Source: a plasmid
Sequence record: NZ_CP018188.1
Direction: 5' to 3' (one strand)
DNA: 64,000 bases
Part shown: one piece after another, positions 40,460 through 51,168 of the stretch
How the letters are laid out: every line of letters begins with the position of its first letter
How positions within the stretch are numbered: position 1 is the stretch's first letter
The notes under the pieces: generated by a model
Database searches by the model: none
What the model was told of the DNA's origin: nothing
Seen by the model: the letters and a program-made list of their open reading frames with translations, nothing else
Program-made: the position numbers and the translations under genes

Positions 40460-43240
40460 ATGAATCATCAAGAACAATTATATAGTCAGTTTAATAAATT
40501 TCCTAAAGTTTTTATTGAAAAGAAAATACCTGAAGTTCTTAATGAGGATGTTAAGGTACTAAAACAGGTTGAGAAAAATATATCAGACTATTATCGATCT
40601 ACATTAATTTATTTGATTAACGAAAAACGTATTGAAGGGAAGTTAATTGGCGATACAGCTGAGCTACGATATGATTATTTTAATAATGTATTATGTAAAA
40701 ATGGTGATATTTTAGAAGAAATAGAGGAAAGATTTCCGACTATTAGTCAACGTGTCATCATCAGTATAGAGCAGTACCTTGATTTGCTTAAATGCGTAAA
40801 AAAACATTTTTCAATAGACTTTTCAATATTGAAAAAAATAAAATTTATTTGCTCAGATGATGAATATCCTAATTTAAACAATCTTGATATTAAAGTAACA
40901 GGTGATATTCATAATGGAAGTGGAGTTTGTATTTTATCTTATGAGGGACAAAAATTAGTTTATAAGAAAAAATCGTCAAAACCAAATCATCTTTTAAAAA
41001 AATTGGATAATCAAGTTAGCAAGTATTTAAAAAAAGAGATTCAGTTTGTACCTGACTTTTTAGATAGGGAAGGTTACTTTTGGGAAACTTTTATAGACAG
41101 TAAACCAGTTTGTTCGATTGATGAAGCGAAAGAGTTTTATAAAAGAATGGGTTATCTTGTAGCATATGCTTACATTTTAAATATTTCTGACTTGCATTTC
41201 GAAAATCTTATTTCACATAATGTTCAGCCTATCCTAGTAGATGCTGAGACAGTATTTTCTGTAAGTCCGTATGAAACAGTAGCGGATAATAATGCTACTT
41301 TAGAGATAATTCGGGATAGCAGAAATTCAGTACTATCTACAGGATTGTTACCTGTGTCTGAAGCCGATAAAATTTTTGGAGGAGATACTAGTGGAGTTTT
41401 AGGGGGCACTCTTATTGGTGAAGCAAGAGTGCTGATAAACCAGAATAGAGATGATATACATGTTGAAAAACAAAAATATAAAACAGAAAATCAAGCTCAC
41501 TTACCTTATCGAGTAGGACAAACGGGATTAAGGAATTATTTAAATGCAGAAGATTACATTGATTCCATAAAAATGGGCTACCTAGAGTTAGGTCATTTTA
41601 TTATTGATAATAAAGAATTTCTAAAACAACTTTATTTAAGTTTTAGTGATTTAAAAACAAGAGTTTTATTTAGAAATACTAGAGATTACAGTTTAGTCCG
41701 TCAATTGTTGACTTCACCAATTTATTGTAATCAGTCAAATGTTTTATTTGAAAAGATGTCTGATAAATTATCAAATTTTGAAAGTTTGAATTTATGTGAA
41801 TCTGAAGAAAAACAATTACTTAATATGAATATTCCATATTTTTATTCTCGTATTAGTGATGTCGACATTAAAGATAATGAGACTATAGTATGGAAATTAA
41901 AAGAATCTGCTTTAACCGAGGCATTAAAAAAATTGGAAAGATTTGACTTGAGCATAATGAAGGAACAAGTCGATTTAATTGAATTTTCTATTAAAACACC
42001 AAATGCTTTGTATAGTACCGAGCTTCAAGAGTCGTACAAAAAATTTAATAATTTAAATTCAGATAAAGAGGTTTTGTTTGCTGGTATCAATACGCTAGTT
42101 GATACCATTTTGAATAATGAGAAATGCTCTAAATTAGATGGAAGTACAAATTGGTTAACGCTTAAAGTTACAGATTATGATGCATTTAAACTTGAACCTA
42201 TGGATCTATCTATTTATGAGGGAATTTCTGGATTATCAATTGCATTATGTGAAGTCTACGATTTAGTGAATAGTGAAAGACAGGAGAAAATTTATAATTG
42301 TATACATAGAATTTTTCTAACTCTCTCAAACTCTTACGATAGTGTGCAAAATCAATCGTACTACGTTGGAAAATTAGGTATTCTTTCTGCATTGAAAAGA
42401 ATACAGTTGATTACGGGACAAAAAATCTCAAAGTCAATTTTAGATAGAAATAAGGATTACAGTTTAGATTTGAATGTTTCGAGTGCAGATTTTCTTTCAA
42501 GTTTTCCTAATGAGATTGTTGCTCTGTATAGAAGTGATTTGTCAATTAAAAATCTTCGACAAGCCTTAGATAAATTAATTGATTTAAAGGTTAATTATGA
42601 GAATTATATTGCTTGGGATAATTTGGAATCAAATAATGTTAGTTTAGCACATGGAAATCTAGGAATAGAATTGGCATTACACTATATTGCTGGAATTTTG
42701 GATAATTCTAAAGCCCTAGAGATGTTATTTCAAGCGAATAACTTTGATAATCGCCAAAAAATATCTCAAGGTTGGATAGATAAAAGAAATAATTCAACCA
42801 GTGCTAATTGGTGTCATGGCTCAACAGGAGTTCTTGTTGCAAGATTAGCTCAACTAGAATTGGATAAAAAATTTCAGCTAATTCCTAGTGCTAGAAGAAA
42901 AGAGTTAGAAGCTGATATTAGACATGCAGTATCTCAAATAATTGAAGTTGGATTCAATATGACCAATTTTTCTATTTGTCATGGAACTAGTGGAAATTTG
43001 TTAGCACTTAACTATTATCGTTCATATCTTAAAGGACACGAAGCACAAGAGTTGGAAAAAATTTTGGAAATTGAGTATAGGAAGTTGCATTCATTTGGTT
43101 TAGAAAATGGGTGGATGTGCAGTTTTAATACTAAATATAATGTTTATGGGATTATGAATGGTTTGTCAGGGATATTATATTCTACAGCCAAGTATCTAAA
43201 AAGAGATAATTCTCTAGACCTTCTAATCCCTACTCTATAA
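40460..43240 (+). CDS. lanM: Class II lanthipeptide synthetase (dehydratase plus LanC-like cyclase)
   Basis: 926 aa. The C-terminal cyclase has the conserved motifs (NWCHGSTG, CHGTSG). Confidence 0.85.
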   Translation: MNHQEQLYSQFNKFPKVFIEKKIPEVLNEDVKVLKQVEKNISDYYRSTLIYLINEKRIEGKLIGDTAELRYDYFNNVLCKNGDILEEIEERFPTISQRVIISIEQYLDLLKCVKKHFSIDFSILKKIKFICSDDEYPNLNNLDIKVTGDIHNGSGVCILSYEGQKLVYKKKSSKPNHLLKKLDNQVSKYLKKEIQFVPDFLDREGYFWETFIDSKPVCSIDEAKEFYKRMGYLVAYAYILNISDLHFENLISHNVQPILVDAETVFSVSPYETVADNNATLEIIRDSRNSVLSTGLLPVSEADKIFGGDTSGVLGGTLIGEARVLINQNRDDIHVEKQKYKTENQAHLPYRVGQTGLRNYLNAEDYIDSIKMGYLELGHFIIDNKEFLKQLYLSFSDLKTRVLFRNTRDYSLVRQLLTSPIYCNQSNVLFEKMSDKLSNFESLNLCESEEKQLLNMNIPYFYSRISDVDIKDNETIVWKLKESALTEALKKLERFDLSIMKEQVDLIEFSIKTPNALYSTELQESYKKFNNLNSDKEVLFAGINTLVDTILNNEKCSKLDGSTNWLTLKVTDYDAFKLEPMDLSIYEGISGLSIALCEVYDLVNSERQEKIYNCIHRIFLTLSNSYDSVQNQSYYVGKLGILSALKRIQLITGQKISKSILDRNKDYSLDLNVSSADFLSSFPNEIVALYRSDLSIKNLRQALDKLIDLKVNYENYIAWDNLESNNVSLAHGNLGIELALHYIAGILDNSKALEMLFQANNFDNRQKISQGWIDKRNNSTSANWCHGSTGVLVARLAQLELDKKFQLIPSARRKELEADIRHAVSQIIEVGFNMTNFSICHGTSGNLLALNYYRSYLKGHEAQELEKILEIEYRKLHSFGLENGWMCSFNTKYNVYGIMNGLSGILYSTAKYLKRDNSLDLLIPTL

Positions 43241-43266
43241 TCAGCGATAGGAAGGAAACTTTATAC

Positions 43267-45339
43267 ATGAAGATTGTTTTGCAAAATAACGAGGAGGATT
43301 GCTTATTAGCATGTTATACAATGCTATTAAATGATCTGGGGCACAAAGTCCCTTTATATGAGGTATATAATAAAGATACCCTACCAGCGGATGGTCTGAA
43401 TGTATCGTACTTACTATCTCTTAACGAGAGGTTTGGAGTAACCTTGAATGCATACCATGCTACATATGAGGATATATGTAAAATCTATAAGGAACAGAAA
43501 CAAAGGATGATTCTCCACTGGAATAATGATCATTTTGTTGTTCTAGAAAAGATTACTGCAACCCAAGTTATGATAGTAGATCCAGCAATTGGTCGAGTAA
43601 AATATAGTTATGAAGAATTTATAAAACACTACTCTAAAACAATAGTGTTGATAAGTAAAAGTAAGAATTTTCAAAAGCAAAAATATAACCAAATTTTTTG
43701 GAAATATTTTATACAAACTTTGAAAACAAAAACAATTATTTTATTTTTAGTTTCATTAGTGTTAATCCAGATCAGCGTTTTAATATTTTCGGTAGTATTA
43801 AGATACATGTTAGCGGAAAAATTTAAATTCTGGGCCAGTATCATTCTTCTAGCGGGGGTAGTTTTATTCCAACTATTTGGATATTTTATTAAAAATAATG
43901 CACTGGATGAATATAATTTAGATTTTGATAATAATTATAGCAGAATACTTTTTGAAAAATTATTGAAAAAGCCACTTTTATATTTTAGAAATCATTTAAG
44001 CGGTGGAATTTCAGAAAAGATTAATTTCAAATCTACCTTAAGGGATAATGTTACTTTAAAAATTATTCCGTCATGTGTTAGTTTTATTTCAGCAATTGTT
44101 ATTTTTATATATCTGATGACTATTTCAGTCAAATTAACAGTGATTCTAGTTACGATGATTTCAGCGTATAGTATTATTTCAATATTTCTTTATCGCAAAC
44201 AAAACGAATATAATCAAACCTATTTGCAGTATCTAATTGATTTTAATTCGGAATTGCAAATGGATTTAGACGATATTGACTATATCAAAATTATGAGGCG
44301 GGAAGGTTTGACCTTTAGTTCATGGATGGATATTAATAAAAAAGTTACTGAAAAGTATTCACAGATTTTGAAATTTGAAAATCTTACACAGCTGATTGGT
44401 ACGATTTTTAATTATATTAGTCTCTCGGTAATCATCATAGTAGCAGTTTACTATGAAAATTATATACATGTTTCCATTTCAGACCTATTAGTTTATCAGA
44501 CTAGTATTTCGTTATTAGTATCAGCTATTGAGCAAGTTAAGGGGGCTGCTTTTGAAGCTATAAGGTTAGGTGTCTATGCAGAAAAACAAAGTGATTTATT
44601 AAAAGACAGTAAACCAATTTTAGTACAAAGCTCGAGTTCAGACGAGTATTTGATAAAAGCTGAAAAGTTGAATTTTTCTTATGGCATGAAGCCGATTTAT
44701 AATGATATTGATTTAACAATTGGTAAAGGAGAAAAAGTTGCTATCGTAGGGAAATCAGGTAGTGGGAAATCAACGTTATTACTGTTATTAGCAGGTATGT
44801 TACGTTATAATGGCTCATTAAAATATGGTATCGAAAATTTTGAAGAATGTTTGAGTGTTGTTCTTCAGAATATGACCTTAAGAAAGGGAAGTGTATTAGA
44901 AAATTTGGAGTGGGATTCAGATGATTTAACACCCCTATTTCAAGTATTAAAAGATACCTCGGCAGATGAAGTTATTAACCAATTGCCAAATAAAGTTCAT
45001 TCAAAATTATTAAAACAAGGGAAAAATTTATCGGGGGGACAAATTCAGAAACTATTAATAGCTAAATCGTTACTTAAAAATGAAGGTATCATTTTTTGGG
45101 ATGAAGCATTCAGTAACCTCGATGAACAAAGTAAAAATAAAATTTACACCAATATTCTAAAAAATAGTAATTATTCAAAAAAGACTATGCTGATGGTTAG
45201 CCATCATCTAGATATTGTTGAATATGTTGATTACATTATCTATATAGACGATGAGACAGGTAAAGTCTATAAAGATACTCATAGTAATCTAATAAAAACC
45301 AATGAAAGTTACTTCAACTTCATTAATTCAAAAGTATAG
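43267..45339 (+). CDS. lanT: Bifunctional lanthipeptide ABC exporter with an N-terminal C39 peptidase domain
   Basis: N-terminal EEDCLLACYTMLL (catalytic Cys), TM domain, Walker A GKSGSGKST, signature LSGGQIQK. Confidence 0.85.
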   Translation: MKIVLQNNEEDCLLACYTMLLNDLGHKVPLYEVYNKDTLPADGLNVSYLLSLNERFGVTLNAYHATYEDICKIYKEQKQRMILHWNNDHFVVLEKITATQVMIVDPAIGRVKYSYEEFIKHYSKTIVLISKSKNFQKQKYNQIFWKYFIQTLKTKTIILFLVSLVLIQISVLIFSVVLRYMLAEKFKFWASIILLAGVVLFQLFGYFIKNNALDEYNLDFDNNYSRILFEKLLKKPLLYFRNHLSGGISEKINFKSTLRDNVTLKIIPSCVSFISAIVIFIYLMTISVKLTVILVTMISAYSIISIFLYRKQNEYNQTYLQYLIDFNSELQMDLDDIDYIKIMRREGLTFSSWMDINKKVTEKYSQILKFENLTQLIGTIFNYISLSVIIIVAVYYENYIHVSISDLLVYQTSISLLVSAIEQVKGAAFEAIRLGVYAEKQSDLLKDSKPILVQSSSSDEYLIKAEKLNFSYGMKPIYNDIDLTIGKGEKVAIVGKSGSGKSTLLLLLAGMLRYNGSLKYGIENFEECLSVVLQNMTLRKGSVLENLEWDSDDLTPLFQVLKDTSADEVINQLPNKVHSKLLKQGKNLSGGQIQKLLIAKSLLKNEGIIFWDEAFSNLDEQSKNKIYTNILKNSNYSKKTMLMVSHHLDIVEYVDYIIYIDDETGKVYKDTHSNLIKTNESYFNFINSKV

Positions 45340-45445
45340 AAAATATCTTGATCTATCTTAATGTTATCTTTAAGATGATAAAGTAGAATTACATTGTAAA
45401 GAAAGGAGTAATCCTGGCTAAAAGGATTACAAGGAAATTAATGAG

Positions 45446-46354
45446 ATGAATAATATTATTGAATTGAAAAATCTTAAAAAGGTCTATAAAGATACTACTA
45501 CAGTGGATCTTAAGAAACTGACAGTCAGAGAAGGGGAAATCTATGGTTTCTTAGGTCCCAACGGCGCAGGGAAAACAACTACGATGAAAATGATCTTATC
45601 TTTGGTGGAGCCTACTTTAGGAGAGATTTTAGTCAATGGTCAAAATATCAAAGAGAATAATGATTACCTAAATCAAATTGGATCGATGATTGAGGAACCA
45701 TCTTATTATCCAAATTTAACGGGATATGAAAACTTATTAGTATTTCAAAAAATGGTAGGTTTTGATGAGGATAATATTTGGCCAACTTTGAAATTAGTTG
45801 GATTGGCGGAGGACAAAAATCGTAAGAAATTAGTGAAAGCCTATTCCCTAGGGATGAAGCAACGTTTAGCCTTAGCTTTTGCTTTAGTTAAAAAGCCCCA
45901 AATTTTATTATTAGATGAACCGACTAATGGTCTTGATCCAGCAGGGATTCATGAAATTCGTGAGTTGATTGTTAAATTAGCAAAAGAAGAAGGCTTAACA
46001 GTCTTTATCTCCAGCCACATCTTATCAGAGATAGAACAAATTGCTGATCGGGTTGGTATTATAAATCATGGTTGTTTAGTTTATGAAGGAGAGATTCGAG
46101 AGATCAAATCAAATACTTGGATTGAGATTGGTGGCGATTTTTCGCAAAATAATATTGTTCAACACTTAGTTGATTTCGGTTCAGTCAGAGTACGGGAAGC
46201 ATCGGCGAGTGAGGTTAAATTAGACGATATGAGTAACGATCGTCTTGCGGATATTATCACCTATATAACCGACCTTGGCTTTAGAATTTTTCGTGTCACT
46301 AGAGAAAGTGAGACATTAGAAGATATTTTTCTGGAACTAACAAAGGAGGTATAA
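45446..46354 (+). CDS. lanF: Lantibiotic immunity ABC ATPase
   Basis: Walker A GPNGAGKTT, signature LGMKQRL, Walker B LLDEPT. Confidence 0.8.
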   Translation: MNNIIELKNLKKVYKDTTTVDLKKLTVREGEIYGFLGPNGAGKTTTMKMILSLVEPTLGEILVNGQNIKENNDYLNQIGSMIEEPSYYPNLTGYENLLVFQKMVGFDEDNIWPTLKLVGLAEDKNRKKLVKAYSLGMKQRLALAFALVKKPQILLLDEPTNGLDPAGIHEIRELIVKLAKEEGLTVFISSHILSEIEQIADRVGIINHGCLVYEGEIREIKSNTWIEIGGDFSQNNIVQHLVDFGSVRVREASASEVKLDDMSNDRLADIITYITDLGFRIFRVTRESETLEDIFLELTKEV

Positions 46355-46355
46355 G

Positions 46356-47099
46356 ATGAGAGGTGTGTACATTGAATGGTTAAAAAGTAGACGAACAAAA
46401 TCTTTTTCAATTGTTACTCTTTTGATGATTGTAGCGACATTGTGGAGTATTGCAATGTTTATGTCTGCTTTTTCGCATCCAGAGTTAAAAAATGTCGGAA
46501 CTTTATTTAGTAATCAGAATGTGAACCTTCTCATGCTTCCTATTGCTGTTTCTGTATTTGTGAGTCGAATTGTGAGTAATGAACGAGAAGGACAGACCTT
46601 TAAATTACAAGCTACAAATGGCTTAGGTTTGATGACGATCTTTAGACATAAATTTTTATTTACAATGGTCTTCTTCTTTGTCATGTCTTTTGCAGAAATT
46701 GTAGCTATCTGTTGCTTTGGAAAACAATCTGGTATCTCAATTCCTATGGACATTGTAGGAGTTCAATTTTTAGGACAATTACTATCTATTTTCGCTCTAG
46801 TTTCTATCTATTTAACGTTAGCAATGGTACTAGAAAAACAAGGCGTATTACTGGCTTTAGGATTGTTAGGAGGTTTTTTAGGAATCGTCTTAAATCCAAG
46901 AAGTTATGGTTTTGCTAGTTTGCTTAATCCGTTGACCGGAGCAGGCAGTTTAGCACCTTATAAGTATCACTTTCTTGGGGATGGGGCATATACCTACCTC
47001 TTGGATCAACAGTTACCTTGGAAACTAGTATTCTTTATGATTTATTGTTTGATGTTATACGGTTTAGCTAATGTTATTTTGAGAAAGAGAGGAAGTTGA
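46356..47099 (+). CDS. lanE: Lantibiotic immunity ABC permease
   Basis: Six-TM protein. Its start overlaps the lanF stop. Confidence 0.7.
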   Translation: MRGVYIEWLKSRRTKSFSIVTLLMIVATLWSIAMFMSAFSHPELKNVGTLFSNQNVNLLMLPIAVSVFVSRIVSNEREGQTFKLQATNGLGLMTIFRHKFLFTMVFFFVMSFAEIVAICCFGKQSGISIPMDIVGVQFLGQLLSIFALVSIYLTLAMVLEKQGVLLALGLLGGFLGIVLNPRSYGFASLLNPLTGAGSLAPYKYHFLGDGAYTYLLDQQLPWKLVFFMIYCLMLYGLANVILRKRGS

Positions 47100-47100
47100 A

Positions 47101-47835
47101 ATGAGACCTTATGTTTTTGCTGAGTGGAAAAAGACTCGCAAATTACAATTGTTCATGATTGGAATGGCATTTTTGGTTTTTTCTAGCTTTATCGGTTTAG
47201 GAGTTTATTTTGCTAATAGGGCTGTCTTAATTGATAAGACACAATCCCTTGTTTTATGGGGACAATTAACATTTTATAACAGTACACTTCTCTATCCTCC
47301 TATGTTAGCCATTATTGTGGGACAGTTACTGATGCCAGAATTTGAGAGAAAAAACATTGAGATGTTAAAAGCTAATCAAGTTTCAATGGATAAATTGTAC
47401 TTTGGAAAACTATTAAGTGGCTTCTTTCTGATTCTTTCCGTCCAACTTTTTTTACTACTTATTTTTGTTGTAGCTGCTAAAGTTGACGGGATTTCGTTTG
47501 ACCTCAGTTTAGCAGTTCATATTAAATGGCTTCTGTTGTCAGTGGTGGCCTCTTTTCCGATAATGACGCTTCAATCCTTCGTAACCGCAAAGACTCGTAA
47601 TTTTAGTAAAGTTGTTGGAGTTGCTACAATTGGTAGCATGTTAAACTTTGTGCTGATTTTTATTAACGAGAATCTTACAAAGTTTTTCCCTTATTCTCAA
47701 CCAATGATTGCCCTACGTAGTCGTTCTTTAACAGATATGTCCTTAATAGATTTGACGATTTTTCTAGTTGTTAATAGTCTATATAGTTTACTTTTCTATA
47801 AATTAACAGTGGCAGCTTTGAAGAAAAACGAATAA
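47101..47835 (+). CDS. lanG: Lantibiotic immunity ABC permease
   Basis: Six-TM protein. Confidence 0.7.
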   Translation: MRPYVFAEWKKTRKLQLFMIGMAFLVFSSFIGLGVYFANRAVLIDKTQSLVLWGQLTFYNSTLLYPPMLAIIVGQLLMPEFERKNIEMLKANQVSMDKLYFGKLLSGFFLILSVQLFLLLIFVVAAKVDGISFDLSLAVHIKWLLLSVVASFPIMTLQSFVTAKTRNFSKVVGVATIGSMLNFVLIFINENLTKFFPYSQPMIALRSRSLTDMSLIDLTIFLVVNSLYSLLFYKLTVAALKKNE

Positions 47836-47984
47836 TGTTTTAAAAATATATCCATTGTTTATGTCAGAATAAGGAAATTTCAATCAAAAATTTGAGTATC
47901 TCTGTATTTTTACAATAAGAGACACCTTGTAATAAACCGAGATACTGTCAATAATTTTGTGTAAACACTCTAGTAGAGTTATGG

Positions 47985-48440
47985 AGTTTTAATCAAATAA
48001 GGATGGCCATACGACAATAGTTGTATAGAGTCATTTCACGAAACGATCAAAAAGGAGCTTATTTATGCCGAAACTGATGTTAGTATGATTTTATGGACAC
48101 GTTTTGGTGGAATAGTATCTAACCAAAGGAGATGTCCAAATGAGCCAAAAATATACCAAAGAGTTCAAGGAAACAATTGTTCAATTGCATGAAGCAGGAC
48201 AGCCTGTTTTAGATCTAGTCAAAGAGTACGGAGTTGCCAACCAAACTATATACAAATGGCTTCAACTATACGGGAAATCTAAAGCTGAAAATGTATCCCT
48301 TCATGAACTCCAACAAATGCGCAAAGAGATGGCACAATTTTTGATAAAATTATATCAAAGTGACGAAGTTGTTGGTTTAGTTGATGTTAAAAACTTTGAG
48401 TTTCACCTTAGTGGGCCATTGTTTAACCATTGATTGTTAC
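47985..48440 (+). mobile_element. Nested IS3-family remnants: the 3' end of one orfB (..ESFHETIKKELIYAE) followed by the left end and orfA of a second IS, with no orfB
   Basis: The orfB-tail peptide is visible in frame at 48010-48060. From 48076 the sequence matches the remnant at 8082. Confidence 0.6.
48140..48433 (+). CDS. IS3-family transposase OrfA (HTH), orphan
   Basis: MSQKYTKEFKETIVQLHEAGQPV... and a terminator hairpin straight after the stop. Confidence 0.7.
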   Translation: MSQKYTKEFKETIVQLHEAGQPVLDLVKEYGVANQTIYKWLQLYGKSKAENVSLHELQQMRKEMAQFLIKLYQSDEVVGLVDVKNFEFHLSGPLFNH

Positions 48441-48502
48441 ATGTGATAAAAAAGCTGATGAATTTATATTTCATCAGCTTTTTTGAGAGCTTAATTTGAC
48501 TA

Positions 48503-48778
48503 TTAGCTTATTTTGATAGTTAGATTTTTATTCAGAGCAGGTGCAATTTTGCTCATTGTTTCAATGCTTGTGTTATGTCCACGTTCAATGCGAGCAATGG
48601 TAGACTGTGGGACATGAGATAGGGAAGCTAGCTCCCTTTGGGTGAGACCTGCTGTTTGTCGTGCGTCAGAAACTGCAATAGCACTTTCCAAAATAGCTTT
48701 TTCAGTTAAAAAGCCTTCTTTAAAATTATTGTCTGCTAGTTCGTTTTCTAAAAAATCATCAAATTTAATTGTGGTCAT
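48503..48778 (-). CDS. higA: XRE-family HTH antitoxin (HigA-like)
   Basis: GLTQRELASLSHVPQSTIARIERGHN, positioned downstream of a Gp49/HigB-like toxin. Confidence 0.65.
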   Translation of the reverse strand: MTTIKFDDFLENELADNNFKEGFLTEKAILESAIAVSDARQTAGLTQRELASLSHVPQSTIARIERGHNTSIETMSKIAPALNKNLTIKIS

Positions 48779-49127
48779 GGTTGTTGTCCTCAAATTCTTC
48801 TTTAAATCCTTAGCGTGTTTTATCTCACTCTGGGGTGTTTTTTGTTTTTTTGGTAAAGCCATGGGTGATGATGTAGCGTTCATTGAGAACATGAAAATAA
48901 AGTGCCCTTTGAATGTTAGAAGCAACCTTTGAGCGGATTTCAAAGATGTCGTCATCTAGCTTTTTCACCCATTCCATACGTTGAGCAACTAAAAGACCAT
49001 GCTCTTGTATAGTGGCGATAGTTGCCAGTAATTTTTATTTGTCTTTAATTGGTATAGTTTGTAAAAATTCTAGGAACTCGGTGTGTCCATTTAACCGAGT
49101 ATAAAACTCAAATTTTGGCTTTTTCAT
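48779..49127 (-). pseudogene. higB: HigB/Gp49-like (DUF891) toxin with two frameshifts
   Basis: MKKPKFEFYTRLNGHTEFLEFL.., then (+1) ..DDDIFEIRSKVASNIQRALYFHVLNERYIITHGFTKKT, then (shift at a poly-A run) QKTPQSEIKHAK, fused in frame with higA. RBS GGAGG. Confidence 0.55.
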
Positions 49128-49537
49128 TGTACCTCCATGATAGCATATATTGTTTTTTCTTCAAGAATAATATATGCTATGCTGCAATCATATAGTAATT
49201 ATGTATTTTTTATTCTTAATCTTAGTTTTGGTTTTGAAAATAGTAGTAAATTTATTCCATCTGTTGACGGTTGAGATAAACTCTAAGTGACATACATGTA
49301 TGCCAAAGGAACACTTTGCGTATTTATTGTAATTTTAGATTAATTTCTATATTAGGATAGTGTTGTATTATGTCACTAAATAAAGGGAAATCATAACTAA
49401 AGTAGAATTGGATTTGGTATAATAGTAATTGAAGTCACTGTACAGTAATTTTATGTATAACTTGAAAATTATTGACAGTATCGAAAATCAAAAGCTGTTA
49501 GAGCAAGGGAATCTTTTAAATCTAGGGGTTATCTTAA

Positions 49538-50431
49538 ATGACTAACATAATATTTTCACAAGTTCAAAAGAGTTTTCACAAGAAGTTGGTGTTAGACATT
49601 CCTGATTTTCAGGCAGATTCAGGTGAAATCATCTCCATTGTTGGTGGCAATGGTGCTGGCAAGTCAACTTTCATCAAACTTCTGGCAGGGATTTTCTTGC
49701 AGGATAAGGGAGAGGTTCGTGTGCATGGCGTTTCTAATCGTTCTAAGAAAATCAATTCGCTGGTCAAGTTTGTCTTGGAGAGCGGGCAGGGTTTGTACAG
49801 TTATTTAACTGCTATGGAAAATCTCCAGTATTTTATAGGCTTAAATGGGATTGCCTTGTCTCATATCAAAGCAGAAGTGGATGCTTTATGTGACCAGCTG
49901 GCTTTTACACCCTACAAAGACACGCTGGTTTCGGAACTGTCCCAGGGCAATCGTCAGAAATTGACCTTAATCTTAGCCTTGGTGCAAAAACCGAAAGTAC
50001 TCTGTTTGGATGAGCCGACCAATGGGTTAGATTTACTGGCAAAAAAGCAGCTGATGACTCTTTTGCAGGATTATGCTCGTCACCATCAAGCTAGTGTTTT
50101 CATCACCAGTCATGACGCTAGTTTTATCAAGAAGATCAGTAATCGGGTGGTGCTGATTCAGGAGGGACGGATCTATCGTGACGGAACCTTCGAGGAGATT
50201 TTTGGGACTGTCCACCAGCATGAAGTCTATCACTTGCTTCTGGCTAAGAGTGCAGAAAGCGTGCTGAGACAAAGCTTTCTTGAGTTGGACTACAAGGTGC
50301 TTGAGGATGGGATTTCGATAGAGACCAGAAATCCAGCCTTTTATCGGCGATTACTAGAAGAAACGGAAGTCTTGCAGTTTAGCCGAGAGCCAGCCTCTTT
50401 GGAAGATTTGCTTTATGAGGTGCTCAAATGA
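49538..50431 (+). CDS. ABC transporter ATP-binding protein
   Basis: Walker A GGNGAGKST, signature LSQGNRQKL, Walker B LDEPT. Confidence 0.8.
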   Translation: MTNIIFSQVQKSFHKKLVLDIPDFQADSGEIISIVGGNGAGKSTFIKLLAGIFLQDKGEVRVHGVSNRSKKINSLVKFVLESGQGLYSYLTAMENLQYFIGLNGIALSHIKAEVDALCDQLAFTPYKDTLVSELSQGNRQKLTLILALVQKPKVLCLDEPTNGLDLLAKKQLMTLLQDYARHHQASVFITSHDASFIKKISNRVVLIQEGRIYRDGTFEEIFGTVHQHEVYHLLLAKSAESVLRQSFLELDYKVLEDGISIETRNPAFYRRLLEETEVLQFSREPASLEDLLYEVLK

Positions 50432-51168
50432 TGCTAGCAGCGATTGGACGGGAGTTTAGCCGCCAACTGAGCGAATACAAACAGTTCAGAGTCAATCTTC
50501 TCTTTGCTAATCTGGGAATTTTCTTTCTTGTCACGGGTTTTCTGACTTATTTTGATAGCCAGCAAGATACTTTTGAGTTATTTATCTTGCTGTTTACTTG
50601 GTATTTTTCTAGCCATAGTATCACCCATCCGACCTATTTTATCGAGGATGAGATTGCAGACCGCACCATTATCAACGTGATTCAGAGTCGGCGGAGCATC
50701 TTTGGCATGCTTTTTATCAAAATTATCGTGCAGATTTTGTTGGACTTGGTCAAGGCCATTCCTTTGTTCTGCTTGGTTGCCTTGGTTCAGCAGATTGCCT
50801 TTCCTACTGACTGGATTGATACAGTTGTTCCCTTTCTTCTGTCCTTTGTGGTCATTGCCTCCCTTTATGGTCTGGGCTTTCTCTTTGCCAGTTTTTCCTT
50901 TGTCTTTACAAAAATTTCCAGTATTACTAGCCTCCTTGCTTACGGGATTCTCTTTTTGGTTGGTTTTCAGGAACCATCGAGTCATTTGATGGTTACTTTA
51001 TCTCGTTGTTTGCCTTTCCATCTCTTGGTGAGTTTTATCCGTCAGCCAAGTTGGTTCCTTTTTTTATTATCACTGGGATACGGTTTGTTTTACTGGCTCT
51101 TGGGCTACTTTTGCTTTCAAACTTGTTTGACCTTTGCCAAAAAGAAGGGAAGTTTGTTCCATGTATAA
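50428..51168 (+). CDS. ABC transporter permease
   Basis: Six-TM protein, translationally coupled (ATGATG). Confidence 0.65.
   Translation: MMLAAIGREFSRQLSEYKQFRVNLLFANLGIFFLVTGFLTYFDSQQDTFELFILLFTWYFSSHSITHPTYFIEDEIADRTIINVIQSRRSIFGMLFIKIIVQILLDLVKAIPLFCLVALVQQIAFPTDWIDTVVPFLLSFVVIASLYGLGFLFASFSFVFTKISSITSLLAYGILFLVGFQEPSSHLMVTLSRCLPFHLLVSFIRQPSWFLFLLSLGYGLFYWLLGYFCFQTCLTFAKKKGSLFHV

Noticed and set aside
48642-48932. 96-aa + strand ORF
   Set aside because: It is antisense to the higA/higB region and has no RBS.
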